IMG/VR virus record: IMGVR_UViG_3300014204_000146
Span: 26,592-90,591 of that record
Source: a virus
Taxonomy: Duplodnaviria; Caudoviricetes
Length of the DNA: 64,000 bases
Direction: 5' to 3' (one strand)
Positions 19,728 to 30,300 of this stretch are shown here, piece after piece. Made by a program: the position numbers and the translations under genes. How positions within the stretch are numbered: the first letter of the stretch is position 1; the number at the start of each line of letters is the position of its first letter. The notes beneath the pieces are model-generated. The model was not told where the DNA came from. It saw only the letters and a list, made by a program, of their open reading frames with translations, and searched no databases.

Positions 19728-20459
19728 ATGAAAATAGCAATTCTAATCACTACATTTTTAAGAGATGACCTCCTTTATAATACTGTTAAAAAAGCAATCG
19801 AATATTCCAACGACGATTGTTTTATTTTAATAGGAGACCAGAATCCAACATGTATAAAAGCTAACTTTCTTGAAGAATTATCTGGAAAATTGGCATATTA
19901 TAGTCTTCCTTATGACTGTGGACTGTCTTATGCCAGGAATCGTCTTGTTGAGGTCGCCAAAACGTTGGAATGTGATTATATTTTGCTGATAGCAGATAGT
20001 TTACAACTTTGTAAACCGCTACCTCCAATAGAGCATGTTGAAAGACTGTTTAATCAATATCCTGATGTTGGAATTATTGGATTTTCTATCAACGGGAGAA
20101 AGCCACATCCGCGCAATATAGATTTAATTCCCGGAAAGTATTTTTATCAGTCTATTCCACAAAATTTACCTTATTGTGATATGGTATCTAATTTCTTTAT
20201 CGCAAAAATTCGATGTTTATTAGACAATCCTTGGGACGAAAATTTAAAGCTATGTGAACATGAGGACTTTTTCTGGAGACTTAAAACCAAGACACCCTGG
20301 AAAGTAATATTCAATAATACATATTCCTGCGATTATGTAAAAGACCGCTCTCCAGAATATAATGCAATGCGAGTGAGATTATATGGAGAATTCCAAGAAA
20401 TACTTAGAAAAAAATACAACATTTCTGAATGGTGGAGAAACCAAAGTGGGTTGTATTAA
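19728..20459 (+). CDS. family 2 glycosyltransferase
   Basis: ITTFLRDD, GDQ, GLSYARNRL, ADS, DENLKLCEHEDFFWRLK (paralog of the GT2 domain in 16290-19670). Confidence 0.85.
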   Translation: MKIAILITTFLRDDLLYNTVKKAIEYSNDDCFILIGDQNPTCIKANFLEELSGKLAYYSLPYDCGLSYARNRLVEVAKTLECDYILLIADSLQLCKPLPPIEHVERLFNQYPDVGIIGFSINGRKPHPRNIDLIPGKYFYQSIPQNLPYCDMVSNFFIAKIRCLLDNPWDENLKLCEHEDFFWRLKTKTPWKVIFNNTYSCDYVKDRSPEYNAMRVRLYGEFQEILRKKYNISEWWRNQSGLY

Positions 20460-20471
20460 TAAGGAGGACTT

Positions 20472-20903
20472 ATGTACATAGTTTTAACCGGAGTTTTATA
20501 TTTAAAATATACCGCAGGAAAATTCAATATTTTAATCAACGAAAACAAAGAAGTATTTAAAAAATACTTTGGAATTTACTTGTATCCCGGCTCTTTAAAT
20601 ATTAAAATATTAGAGCCAGAAAATTTAGCTCAGATACTCGACCAACAAATATTGAAGCCGTCCTTTGTCATTCCAAAATCTGAACTAATAAATATGCCGG
20701 AATATATTGGCAACGGACAAGCTTGGAAGTGCAAATTATCTTGTGATAAATTTCCCAAATATAAAGATTGCTGGCTCTTTCGTAGAGTAAATTCCAGGGT
20801 TAGGATAGGAACGTTTGAAATCGTAGCTGCTGAGGAATTCGTCAAACCGTTTGATTTAAAGGATGGAGACTCCATAACAATCGACATATATATTAATGAA
20901 TAA
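20472..20903 (+). CDS. ribK: CTP-dependent riboflavin kinase-like protein (archaeal RibK type)
   Basis: LYPGSLNIK, FEIVA...FDLKDGDSITI. Confidence 0.7.
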   Translation: MYIVLTGVLYLKYTAGKFNILINENKEVFKKYFGIYLYPGSLNIKILEPENLAQILDQQILKPSFVIPKSELINMPEYIGNGQAWKCKLSCDKFPKYKDCWLFRRVNSRVRIGTFEIVAAEEFVKPFDLKDGDSITIDIYINE

Positions 20904-21561
20904 ACCCAATCAAGCAATAATTATCGGTGGGGGCGCTTCTATCAAAGAAGGCATCTCTTTGGGCTTATGGGATATGCTTAAAGATAGATTTGTTATCAAT
21001 TGCAATCTATCCTTTCGGCATTTTTTGGGTACTTTTATGATTTGTGTTGATGGAGACGGATTTATAAAACGGACAGTTGAAATGCAAGCTCTACCGTTGA
21101 TTTTTGCTCTTGACACTCATCAAGGCATTGAATATCCTTCGAATACTATTCTTTTTAAAGAAAGTCTTATTTATCATGAAAGAGATAGTTTTACAAAAGG
21201 TATCTATATGCAATCCCTGGTGGGAATTCCGGCTATTGTAACTGCCATTCAATTGTTACAAGGAATCGGATATATTTTTTTATTGGGTTATGACTGGTCT
21301 AAATACACTACCGACACTCATTTCTATCAAGACGAACATCGTGGACAGGGATTTACTGACTATTATGAAAAGCACAATCCAGATAAACAACTCGTTCCAT
21401 TATTACAAGAAACAAATATCAAAATCTACAACGTATCTTTACAGTCAAACATTAATTGCTTCGAGAAAATTAGTTACCCAACAATGTTTAATATACTCGA
21501 TGATGTTAGGTATGACCAAAATGAACTAAGAAAATACATAAATAAACTTGCAAAAAACTGA
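20896..21561 (+). CDS. DUF115/Maf-like (MptE-like) protein
   Basis: IIIGGGASI, VINCN, IFLLGYD, THFY, IYNVS. Confidence 0.65.
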   Translation: MNKPNQAIIIGGGASIKEGISLGLWDMLKDRFVINCNLSFRHFLGTFMICVDGDGFIKRTVEMQALPLIFALDTHQGIEYPSNTILFKESLIYHERDSFTKGIYMQSLVGIPAIVTAIQLLQGIGYIFLLGYDWSKYTTDTHFYQDEHRGQGFTDYYEKHNPDKQLVPLLQETNIKIYNVSLQSNINCFEKISYPTMFNILDDVRYDQNELRKYINKLAKN

Positions 21562-21613
21562 TTTTTAGGGCATACTTACTATGTAGGACTGAAGTTAACG
21601 ATAAGGAGATGAA

Positions 21614-22135
21614 ATGTTCAAATATTGTTCAAAAACCTCACAACATGCCAAACTTCCCACCGCCTTTAATGTAAGCTCACAATCTTCTCATCCATATTTT
21701 AAATTATTCAGTCCTTTTTCTACTGAATTTTCAATTTCTATGCCTCAAAGCCCTTCAACCAGAGTTGATTCTGTTGAACGACTCTGGCAAGGTAGTAAAT
21801 GTAGGGATATTGGAACTCCTAATTGGTATGTTCTTACAGGAAGAATAGATTGGAAAAAAGGTACAATTCCTGAATATGGAATTTGGTTAGGAGACAGTAT
21901 CAGTACAGTAGATAAAGGAAAAGGAAGAAGAATTGTTTATATTCCTGCTTATATCGAATTTTGCAATCAAGTATTACTGCATCATCCCGAAATTTATGAT
22001 AGCGTTAAAATTATGGCACAAAGTTTAGAAATATTTTATCTCTATGATTTTGATTATTCTATAGATTATGATACTTCGGCTCCATTGTCTCATGCTAAAA
22101 TATTGGTTGATTATTTTAAACTGTTATTTAATTAA
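21614..22135 (+). CDS. hypothetical protein (possibly DUF6939-like)
   Basis: FSPF...SVERLWQGSK...Y.PAY pattern recalled from that family; unverified. Confidence 0.45.
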   Translation: MFKYCSKTSQHAKLPTAFNVSSQSSHPYFKLFSPFSTEFSISMPQSPSTRVDSVERLWQGSKCRDIGTPNWYVLTGRIDWKKGTIPEYGIWLGDSISTVDKGKGRRIVYIPAYIEFCNQVLLHHPEIYDSVKIMAQSLEIFYLYDFDYSIDYDTSAPLSHAKILVDYFKLLFN

Positions 22136-22145
22136 GGAGGATATA

Positions 22146-22379
22146 ATGAGTTGTTTAGCCGAACCGGAAGGATGGTATGAAAAAACACTATGGGAAAAAT
22201 TACTCGACATTGTAGCACATAGTATTTTATGGCTTGCAATTGTATGTATCGTAACTGCCTTGTTATTTGTCGGTATTATGTTTTTCATTGCAGACCCCAT
22301 AGCTGGCGCTGCTATAGGATGTGGATTGATTATTATCATAAGTATTGGATGGGCGTGGAGACGTGTAGGAGACTTTTAA
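22146..22379 (+). CDS. two-TM membrane protein
   Basis: AAGGAGG RBS; two hydrophobic helices. Confidence 0.6.
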   Translation: MSCLAEPEGWYEKTLWEKLLDIVAHSILWLAIVCIVTALLFVGIMFFIADPIAGAAIGCGLIIIISIGWAWRRVGDF

Positions 22380-23560
22380 TGGCAAAATTAATAATTGAAA
22401 TCTGTAAGATAGAAGAAATCAAGCCAATCGACAAAGCAGATAAAATCGAACTCGCCATAATCAAAGGATGGCAATGTATCGTTTCTAAAGGACAGTATGA
22501 AGCTGGAAATCTTGTTATCTATTGTCCTCCAGACTCCATCATTCCTCCTAATTTGATTGAAAAATATAAACTCGAATTTCTTAGAGACGACGGTCGAGTA
22601 AAAACTATTAAACTGCGCGGAGAGCGTAGCGAAGGATTGATTTTAGATATAGAGTGCTTATCTATTTCTCTTAAACATAAATTAGGAGACGATGTTTCTA
22701 AAGAACTTGGCATTGCGAAATGGGAGCCTCCAGAACGCCAAGGAGAGCCTAAACCAAAAGAAACCTTTCGCAGCATCTATGAGAATTATAAAGAAGGAAA
22801 GATGTCATTGCGCCGATTTTTAAGAAAAGAATTATCCTTGACTATTTCAACCATTCTTCCAAGCAAAAAGAATCGAAAAAATCCCGCTTTCAGAGAGTAT
22901 ACTGACATTGAAAATATCAAACATTATCCTGAGATTTTTGAAGAAGGAGAATCAATTGTTATCCAAGAAAAAATTCATGGAAGTAACAGCAGGGCTGGAT
23001 GGCTTCTTAAATATAAAGATAATTTGTGGGGCAAATTTATGTCTTTATTTTTTGGAGAATGGGAATTTGTCTACGGCAGCCACACAGTTCAAAAACATCC
23101 CCTATCCTGGAATAAAGGATGGTATAAAGAAGACTTTTGGTTAGAGATGGTACATAAATATGATTTAAAAAATAAAATCCCAAAAGGATATGTTGTCTAT
23201 TTCGAAGTTTATGGAGATAAAGTCCAAGACCTTACTTATGGACTTAAAAATGAACGCCGTATAGTCATATTTGATGTTATGAAAGACGGAACGTATTTAG
23301 ACTTTGACAAGATGATTGAATTTTGTCGATTGTCGGAACTGCCTATTGCTCCTATTCTGAATTATGGAGGAGGATATTCTAAATATATTATTGATGAACA
23401 TACTTTAGGTATGTCTTGTTTGTATTTAAAACAAATACGAGAAGGTTGCGTTGTTCGACCACTAAAAGAAACAATACACCAAAAAATAGGAAGAAAGATA
23501 TTGAAAAGTATATCAATAGATTATTTAACAAGAAAAGGGAATACTACGGAGTTTCATTAA
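22379..23560 (+). CDS. RNA ligase (Rnl2/DRB0094-like, with N-terminal OB domain)
   Basis: ADKIELA..KGWQCIVSKG..., QEKIHG motif I, FEVYG, IFDV, REGCVVR, KSIS. Confidence 0.88.
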   Translation: MAKLIIEICKIEEIKPIDKADKIELAIIKGWQCIVSKGQYEAGNLVIYCPPDSIIPPNLIEKYKLEFLRDDGRVKTIKLRGERSEGLILDIECLSISLKHKLGDDVSKELGIAKWEPPERQGEPKPKETFRSIYENYKEGKMSLRRFLRKELSLTISTILPSKKNRKNPAFREYTDIENIKHYPEIFEEGESIVIQEKIHGSNSRAGWLLKYKDNLWGKFMSLFFGEWEFVYGSHTVQKHPLSWNKGWYKEDFWLEMVHKYDLKNKIPKGYVVYFEVYGDKVQDLTYGLKNERRIVIFDVMKDGTYLDFDKMIEFCRLSELPIAPILNYGGGYSKYIIDEHTLGMSCLYLKQIREGCVVRPLKETIHQKIGRKILKSISIDYLTRKGNTTEFH

Positions 23561-23561
23561 T

Positions 23562-23753
23562 ATGAAAAATCTATCTATTGTATGGGCTGTTTTAGTGTGG
23601 TTTTCTGATTTTGCTCCAAGAGCCAATAAATCAATCTGGATAAGAAGGTGGGAATTTATAGGAAACTTAGTTGATAACGTACAATCTAAAAAACTATCAC
23701 CAAATCAAAAAAATTTTATTAAATTTTTAAAAACTAAAAGCGGATTAATATGA
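23562..23753 (+). CDS. hypothetical protein
   Basis: Operon-packed. Confidence 0.45.
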   Translation: MKNLSIVWAVLVWFSDFAPRANKSIWIRRWEFIGNLVDNVQSKKLSPNQKNFIKFLKTKSGLI

Positions 23754-24235
23754 AAATAATATTTCTCGATTTTGACGGAGTCTTAAACAGTGTCCGGTCG
23801 GCACATGCCTTTGGTGGCTATCCTTGGAATATTAACCCAGAAAGCATCAAACAATTCGACCCGATAGCATTAACTACTATTCGAAATTTCTGTAACGATT
23901 ATGATATTAAAATCGTGGTCTCTTCTACTTGGAGGAAATCTTTTTCTCCAGAAGATTTAGGAAAAGCTTTAGACCTTCCTATTATAGACAAAACTCCAGA
24001 CTTTCACATGTCCCGCAGCAGAGGCTTAGAAATACAATCTTGGTTTGTAAACAATCCAGGAGAATACGAATATGCCATCATAGATGACGATTCTGACATG
24101 CTCGAAACTCAGTTAACGCGATTTATTCAAACAGACCCATATGAAGGATTTGGATGGAAGAATTTGATGCAACTATATTCACTGTTTAATATTCCCTATA
24201 GAAAGCGACTCAATACTAAACAGAGGATAAAATGA
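23750..24235 (+). CDS. HAD-family phosphatase (RNA-repair-associated HAD_SAK type)
   Basis: FLDFDGVLN, VVSSTWR, R..EI..W, IIDDDSDM. Confidence 0.82.
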   Translation: MKIIFLDFDGVLNSVRSAHAFGGYPWNINPESIKQFDPIALTTIRNFCNDYDIKIVVSSTWRKSFSPEDLGKALDLPIIDKTPDFHMSRSRGLEIQSWFVNNPGEYEYAIIDDDSDMLETQLTRFIQTDPYEGFGWKNLMQLYSLFNIPYRKRLNTKQRIK

Positions 24236-24549
24236 AAAAACCATGTATCGATTGTTGCGGAACGGGTCTTATTTATGAATTATCCTATCACATACCACCA
24301 AAAACAAGCAAAATCCAACTACTATTTTCTAAGTGGTTTCCAAGATATTTTTCTTGTTATCAGTATCCAAGTCAAGAATCGTTTAAACGTGTTAGATGTC
24401 CAGAATGTTTTGGATTAGGTTATACTGAACTTGCAGCGTGTTTTGAATTATATAGTGATTGTTTTTATTGTCCTTCTGTATCTCACTGTAGAGATAAATA
24501 TTTATCAATAGAACAAAAACAACAAAAATTATTGAGGAACCAGACATGA
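24232..24549 (+). CDS. DnaJ-like zinc-finger protein
   Basis: CIDCCGTG...CPECFGLG. Confidence 0.55.
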   Translation: MKKPCIDCCGTGLIYELSYHIPPKTSKIQLLFSKWFPRYFSCYQYPSQESFKRVRCPECFGLGYTELAACFELYSDCFYCPSVSHCRDKYLSIEQKQQKLLRNQT

Positions 24550-24902
24550 AAATAGGTATTGTAGGGTCTCGAAGAAGAAATCTTCGCTGTGATTGGGCTA
24601 AAATTTATAGAGAATTTGAACAAATCTATCAGCCAGGAGATATGATAATCTCTGGCGGATGTTGGGCTGGTGGAGATAGATTTGCAGAAGAGATAGCTAA
24701 AAAACTTCAAATCCCAATTACTATCTATTATGCTGCCTGGTATAAATTAGGAAAACGGGCAGGGATGCTTCGTAATGGAACTATAGCAAAAGAATCTGAT
24801 ATTCTTATCGCATGTGTTGCTCTGGATAGAACTGGTGGGACTGAAGATACTATTAAAAAATTTAAACAATTTCATCCAGATGGAAAATTAATATTATGTT
24901 AA
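24546..24902 (+). CDS. SLOG-superfamily protein (DUF2493/YspA-like)
   Basis: IVGSR, ISGG..GGDRFAE, AGMLRN, GGTEDTI. Confidence 0.78.
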   Translation: MKIGIVGSRRRNLRCDWAKIYREFEQIYQPGDMIISGGCWAGGDRFAEEIAKKLQIPITIYYAAWYKLGKRAGMLRNGTIAKESDILIACVALDRTGGTEDTIKKFKQFHPDGKLILC

Positions 24903-25021
24903 CAATAATAAATTTTATGGTTATTCCTAATTACATATCTATACAACCAATGAATTGTTTAGAAGATTTCGAAAGAAATTTAAATTATTCATGAATTAAA
25001 AAAATGGAGAGGGGTCATAAA

Positions 25022-25378
25022 ATGAGCTATCTTACAGAATTCCAAGACGGAACAAAATTTAGGGGTGGAGATTTGATTGATAGCAAATGGAATAAACAAC
25101 CAAATAAACCTATTAAAAAGTTATCCTGTACTCTTTTTGGCATAACAAAAGAGCTCGAAGGATACCAGTCTTATAATTATTTAATGGAGAAAAAAACAAA
25201 AATCAAAAGCGGAGCTATTATTCAATCCAACATCCCAACCAGGATTTTTATCTTAGGAAAGAAAGATGAAAAAGTAGATATGTGGATTTTTGATTTAAAA
25301 ACAAAAAAAATAGAATTTGAAACCACAATACTTGGTATGGAATATCAAAACGCTCCGACGACCGGATGGAGAAGCTAA
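25022..25378 (+). CDS. hypothetical protein
   Basis: Last + strand gene; its stop abuts the converging virion operon. Confidence 0.6.
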   Translation: MSYLTEFQDGTKFRGGDLIDSKWNKQPNKPIKKLSCTLFGITKELEGYQSYNYLMEKKTKIKSGAIIQSNIPTRIFILGKKDEKVDMWIFDLKTKKIEFETTILGMEYQNAPTTGWRS

Positions 25379-25380
25379 TA

Positions 25381-25887
25381 TCAGTCAAATCCAATACACA
25401 GCTTCACTCGCAACTCAGTGTATACTGGGGGAACCTCTTCCCACCAAGTATCATCAATTTCTATTCCGGCAAATAAGGTTAGATTGTAAGATTTATTTTC
25501 TATATTGTCATCTATCGAAGCGTTATTCAATAAGAAAAATGAATTTATCTTTATAGCATCATTGTTGTCGGGAAATTTTTGTATACTATCAATCAAACTC
25601 TGAGCTCCTTCAAAAATAAAAATAGTAGAAATGAACGGAATTTTTTCGGCTGGAATTGAGTACATAGGAATTTCAAAAAAAGCAAAGTACTTATCCGTAA
25701 CTGAATAATCCATAATCTGCCATTCACTGACATATCTATTATCTTTCTTCATAGAGCCCATCGATGAACTCTTCATTTTTTTAATCAGTCGGGCTTGTTC
25801 TTCTTTTTTTTTGATTATATCATTTTCAGAAGTATCACTTTTAACAAAAATAGTTCTGATTTTATGCTTGTTATTTTCATATTGCAT
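25381..25887 (-). CDS. hypothetical virion/tail-associated protein
   Basis: End of structural operon; shares the N-terminal NKHKI motif with the two upstream genes. Confidence 0.55.
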   Translation of the reverse strand: MQYENNKHKIRTIFVKSDTSENDIIKKKEEQARLIKKMKSSSMGSMKKDNRYVSEWQIMDYSVTDKYFAFFEIPMYSIPAEKIPFISTIFIFEGAQSLIDSIQKFPDNNDAIKINSFFLLNNASIDDNIENKSYNLTLFAGIEIDDTWWEEVPPVYTELRVKLCIGFD

Positions 25888-26890
25888 GTTTTTTTACCTC
25901 TTTAAAAATATTAGAATTGGTTAGACTTAAAATAAGTTTCAATTTAACCGTCTTTTCTACAGTGTGATAAGTAGAATAAGGAGCGGATACGGGCTCGACT
26001 GTTTCGCTCAACAAATCTCCGCCGGAAGAATTGTCTTCATAAAGTTCTATAAAACTATCTCCTGTTAAATACTTTGTTACTAAAATTACAGGAGTCATGA
26101 CTGTTAAACTTCCAGACACAATCAAACGATATTTATTTTCTCCTATCTTTATAAAATATTTACTTTTACTCCCACTTCCAACAGAAACAATACTTAAGTC
26201 CATATCCATAAAATTGTCTGTTGAAAAAATTTTTTTATAAGTCCCTTGTAAATTCGATATATCCGTTCCGAATCTTAATTGTTTAGTAGGAGAAAATCGT
26301 TGATAAATCAGTTCTTGAATCATAGTAATAGGGCTTTTCCATCCTATAAAAGCTACATTAGAAAACTGCGGATAACCAGCAAAAACTTGATGTATTGGAT
26401 ATTTACAGACTCCTCCATGAGCCGGGCTCAATAGATAATAATTTCCTCCAAATAAACGAGGATATGGAAGTCCTCCTTCATAAATTAATTCGCTTCCGCG
26501 ATAAATCTGATAATTAAATGTAGTAAAGGTTCTGATAGTTGCATTTTCTTCTAAATTATAAAAAACATTCAAATCTCCGCTATCGACAACAATATCTGCC
26601 TTTATATAAGGCAACAAATCCTCTGATATATCTAAATCCACATATGTGGTATAGTTAACAATTTCTGGATATAATTCAGTAAAATTTACAATTATTTCTC
26701 CACCATAATCTAATCTATTTCCTCCAATCGCAAGAGACTGCCACGAAGTTTCGTAAATTTTATGGTTTAAGAAATAATTAGCAGGAACAATATCAGAAAA
26801 TTTATTGATAATACTTGATGTTTTATTTTCAATATTTTGAGACTTTTCCCACATTTGAGAGATTTTATGTTTATTTTGTAGATATTTCAT
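25877..26890 (-). CDS. hypothetical virion/tail-associated protein
   Basis: Operon position; N-terminal YLQNKHKISQMWE. Confidence 0.55.
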   Translation of the reverse strand: MKYLQNKHKISQMWEKSQNIENKTSSIINKFSDIVPANYFLNHKIYETSWQSLAIGGNRLDYGGEIIVNFTELYPEIVNYTTYVDLDISEDLLPYIKADIVVDSGDLNVFYNLEENATIRTFTTFNYQIYRGSELIYEGGLPYPRLFGGNYYLLSPAHGGVCKYPIHQVFAGYPQFSNVAFIGWKSPITMIQELIYQRFSPTKQLRFGTDISNLQGTYKKIFSTDNFMDMDLSIVSVGSGSKSKYFIKIGENKYRLIVSGSLTVMTPVILVTKYLTGDSFIELYEDNSSGGDLLSETVEPVSAPYSTYHTVEKTVKLKLILSLTNSNIFKEVKKHAI

Positions 26891-27314
26891 TATATTTTCT
26901 CCAATTATTAATCTTTAAATAAAAATTACCAGACAGGTCTCCTCCCGCAAAAGAAAAAACAGATACATAAACAAAAACATAAAACTCGTCATTTACTTTT
27001 CTAACAAAAGTATTTATAGCATTAATTACAGGAAGAATACCATAACTTTCTTTTGTAGGATTGAATACAACAATAAGCTGCAATTCGGAAGAATTCGACT
27101 CTTCCCAGTTTTCTAATTTAAAAATACCATAATAAGGAACAGCCATTGTTATGGTAATATTTTCTTCTATCAAATAAGCTTCTGTATATTCTTTATAATT
27201 TATACTTTTTATTTTAATATTTAAATTTGTTATCTTGTCTATATCAATATCGTTTTTTTGACATGCTTCCCACAAAGTACCAATTTTATTTTTTGTTGCT
27301 TCATAGTTTTTCAT
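26871..27314 (-). CDS. hypothetical virion/tail-associated protein
   Basis: Operon position; N-terminal YEATKNKIGTLWE. Confidence 0.55.
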   Translation of the reverse strand: MKNYEATKNKIGTLWEACQKNDIDIDKITNLNIKIKSINYKEYTEAYLIEENITITMAVPYYGIFKLENWEESNSSELQLIVVFNPTKESYGILPVINAINTFVRKVNDEFYVFVYVSVFSFAGGDLSGNFYLKINNWRKYNEISTK

Positions 27315-27316
27315 AA

Positions 27317-30300
27317 TTAATCCTCTGAGTCTTCTACATATTCTCCAGTAGACAAATCAAGCTTTCTATAATATCTTATTGAGTTATATGTATGAACCAC
27401 TGGTTCTTCTGGATAGCCATCGTCATTTAAAGGAACAACAGTACCGTCTTCCAGAGTAATTGAGGTTAATTTATCTATTTCTGTGGATGTCATTGTGTTA
27501 TCTAATGTCAAGACAACTTGCATAGCATTTGCACTTATGTTTATTCCTTTTATTCTCAAAGGAAATCCATTTTGATTGACATAGATATTAGGCTGAGTTG
27601 TATTAACTATATTTATAGAATTCAATAACTGCAATTCATAAAACATATAACCATCAAGTGTCAATTTTATGCTTGCAGAGGTTTTTGGATATACCAACCC
27701 TGTCGCAAGCGTATTGATATTCATGTCTGTAAGATTGTTCGTAATTCTCTCACCACACAATTTTCGATACTCTACAGCAGCGACCGCTTTTGCATAATTA
27801 ACATAATTATAACTATCGTTTCTTACACGATATAATCCATCTGTTTTATCTTCCCACCTTGCTATAGATTTATAAAATCCATTTTTACAAGAGACTTCTT
27901 TATACGGAGCTTGACCTATATAGTAATATCCTAACTCTCCATTACTATCTGCCAAATAACTGCGTTGAGAACCATATGTAGCTTTTGTTATTTTAAATAA
28001 ATCTCCAGTAGTCGAACTTAAACTTGTTCCAACATAGGCAAATGGAGTTTCTTCAGGAAGAACAAAGCCATATTTGGTTGTAGAAACAAACCAAAAATAT
28101 TCTTTCCCTGGTTCAAATTTAAATGTTCCGGCATTAACTTGCTCTGCTATATCTTCAAAAGATAATCCAAAATCAGGAGAAGGTTCCCATTCTACAGCGC
28201 CTCCATTATTAGCCGGAGGATTCTGTGTAACATTAATTCCCTCTACATAATATTCTCCCAAATCAATCATAACTCCTTTATAATCTTCATCTGACGCATC
28301 TGGAGTAGGATTGTATATTTCAATATCATCCAGCAATATATCATAAGGACTAATCTGAGAATTTAGAGATGTCAATGGCAAATTCTTAACCATTGCCTGT
28401 GTTTGAGAATCTTCTGTATCTTTACAGCTTACTTTTATTTTTTCTCCAGAACCCAAGCAATTTAATTGTTCTATTTTTCCACTGAAAATTTCCAGTCCCT
28501 GTAAATAAATAATGACAGAGTTTTTTGCCGTTATTTGTGAATATACTCCTGCCAAGGTATAATCCATATTGTCATGATTGCGAGTCAATTCAAATACAGC
28601 AGTATTGCGTTCATCAGCAAGCTGTGATACTTCGATTGATGACAATATTAAATCTCCGGCTGCCAAGGCAACTCCATCTAAAGTAATAGAAAAATCTTCT
28701 CTTTTAATAAGCACAGGAGTTGTATATGGACTTGTCAAAAATCTTAAATCAGACTGTATTTGACTAAACCCTTCTTTCAAGAACTGAAAATCAACATTAA
28801 TTTTGTATCCAAATATTATACTCAAATAAGACTTAAATGTTTTATAGTACTCTTTTAAAAAATCAAAAGAAGAATTTATTTTTCCATAAGAAGCCTCATC
28901 AATAACAAATAATTCTCCATGATATTCATCAGTTCCTATATACGTCGTACGATAATCTTCTCTATTAATAACATTTAACATCTGACTTGAGTCAGACAAG
29001 TCAAACTCAGTTTGGGAAGACAAATCAGACAAATCAAATTTAACTACTTTTCCAGCATCCAAAGCAATATATCCTTTTTCCGTAGAAAAATTGATTGCCA
29101 AATCCTTAGCTTTATTTTGAGTCAAAACTTGATTATTATATGTAGGAATCGCATCATCTATATTAACTTTAATAATCTTAGCGGGAGTAGTATCAGTAAC
29201 AATATATAACTGTCCGTTATGAATAAACTTTCCTTCATATTCTTTCACAAATCTAATATCTGAATTTAAATCAGTATGAATCAAACCACTAAACCAAACA
29301 TTCGAATCTAAATATGCAAATCGATGCATAGAAAACCAAACATTAGAAATTATTGTACGAGAAATATAATTTAAAAAACTAATACCAGAATAAATATTTT
29401 GAAGTCCTTTTGACAATATGAATTTAATATCTGAGGGAATATGTGCTTTCTTTCCAACAACTCTAAAAATAATATCTGACACTATGTTCTCTATATATTG
29501 ATTGTTTACAAAAAATGATAATGAGTCTATAGCTTGCGTATCAGTATTAAAAAATTTAATATTAGATGTCAAATGCTCTATACGAGTTGCATCTAACACA
29601 TATCGAATATCGGATTCGATATTAAACTGTCCAACAAACATCGAATACGCAGACAATGAACATTTCATCAATCGATATGTTACATATTCTGGTTCATAAT
29701 TCCACAAATCGACGGTATCAGAGGTCAAAGAATAATGATGCGTATGATGCATCATTCCTTGATTGTGATAACCGCCCTGACCCCAGGTTTCTATTTCTTC
29801 TCCTGTGTCTCCTGAAATTGTATGAGAATCAAATTCTCCTTTTGCATATATTCTTAATTCAGCAATAGCAAACCGCACACCATACCAATGTGTAGATTGT
29901 GTTTTTATCATATAATAACTATAACTATCATTATTTGCAATATCAAAAGTCTTAGTTTCTCCGGTTGTCCAAGTAAGACCAGTCTGAGTATCTAATACAG
30001 TCCAATTTGTTCCATCATTACTTCCCTCAAAATAAAAATCATACATCGTACTGCTATCTTTACATGTTAATTTATAGCGCTGTACTATTCGAGGAGCTGT
30101 TAATGACAAATAAAGAAACCTGACTGAATCTGCACCATTGTAAAATTTATCAGAATAATATGTAGACTCATTTTCGTCTATAGAATTACTTGCTGGATAT
30201 AATTCATCTGGATAATATCCACCATGAGCTGTAATTCCGGTAACTTGTGCCAGAGTCCCAGTATCTAATTGGTCTCCAGTAGTTGGAATGGTATTTCCTA

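Noticed and set aside
15820-20903. Archaeal RibK + RibL FAD-synthesis pathway
   Set aside because: The cytidylyltransferase looks TagD-like (VGVSSDE, SSTKIKERI) and abuts a LicD domain, which favours CDP-polyol chemistry; not fully excluded.
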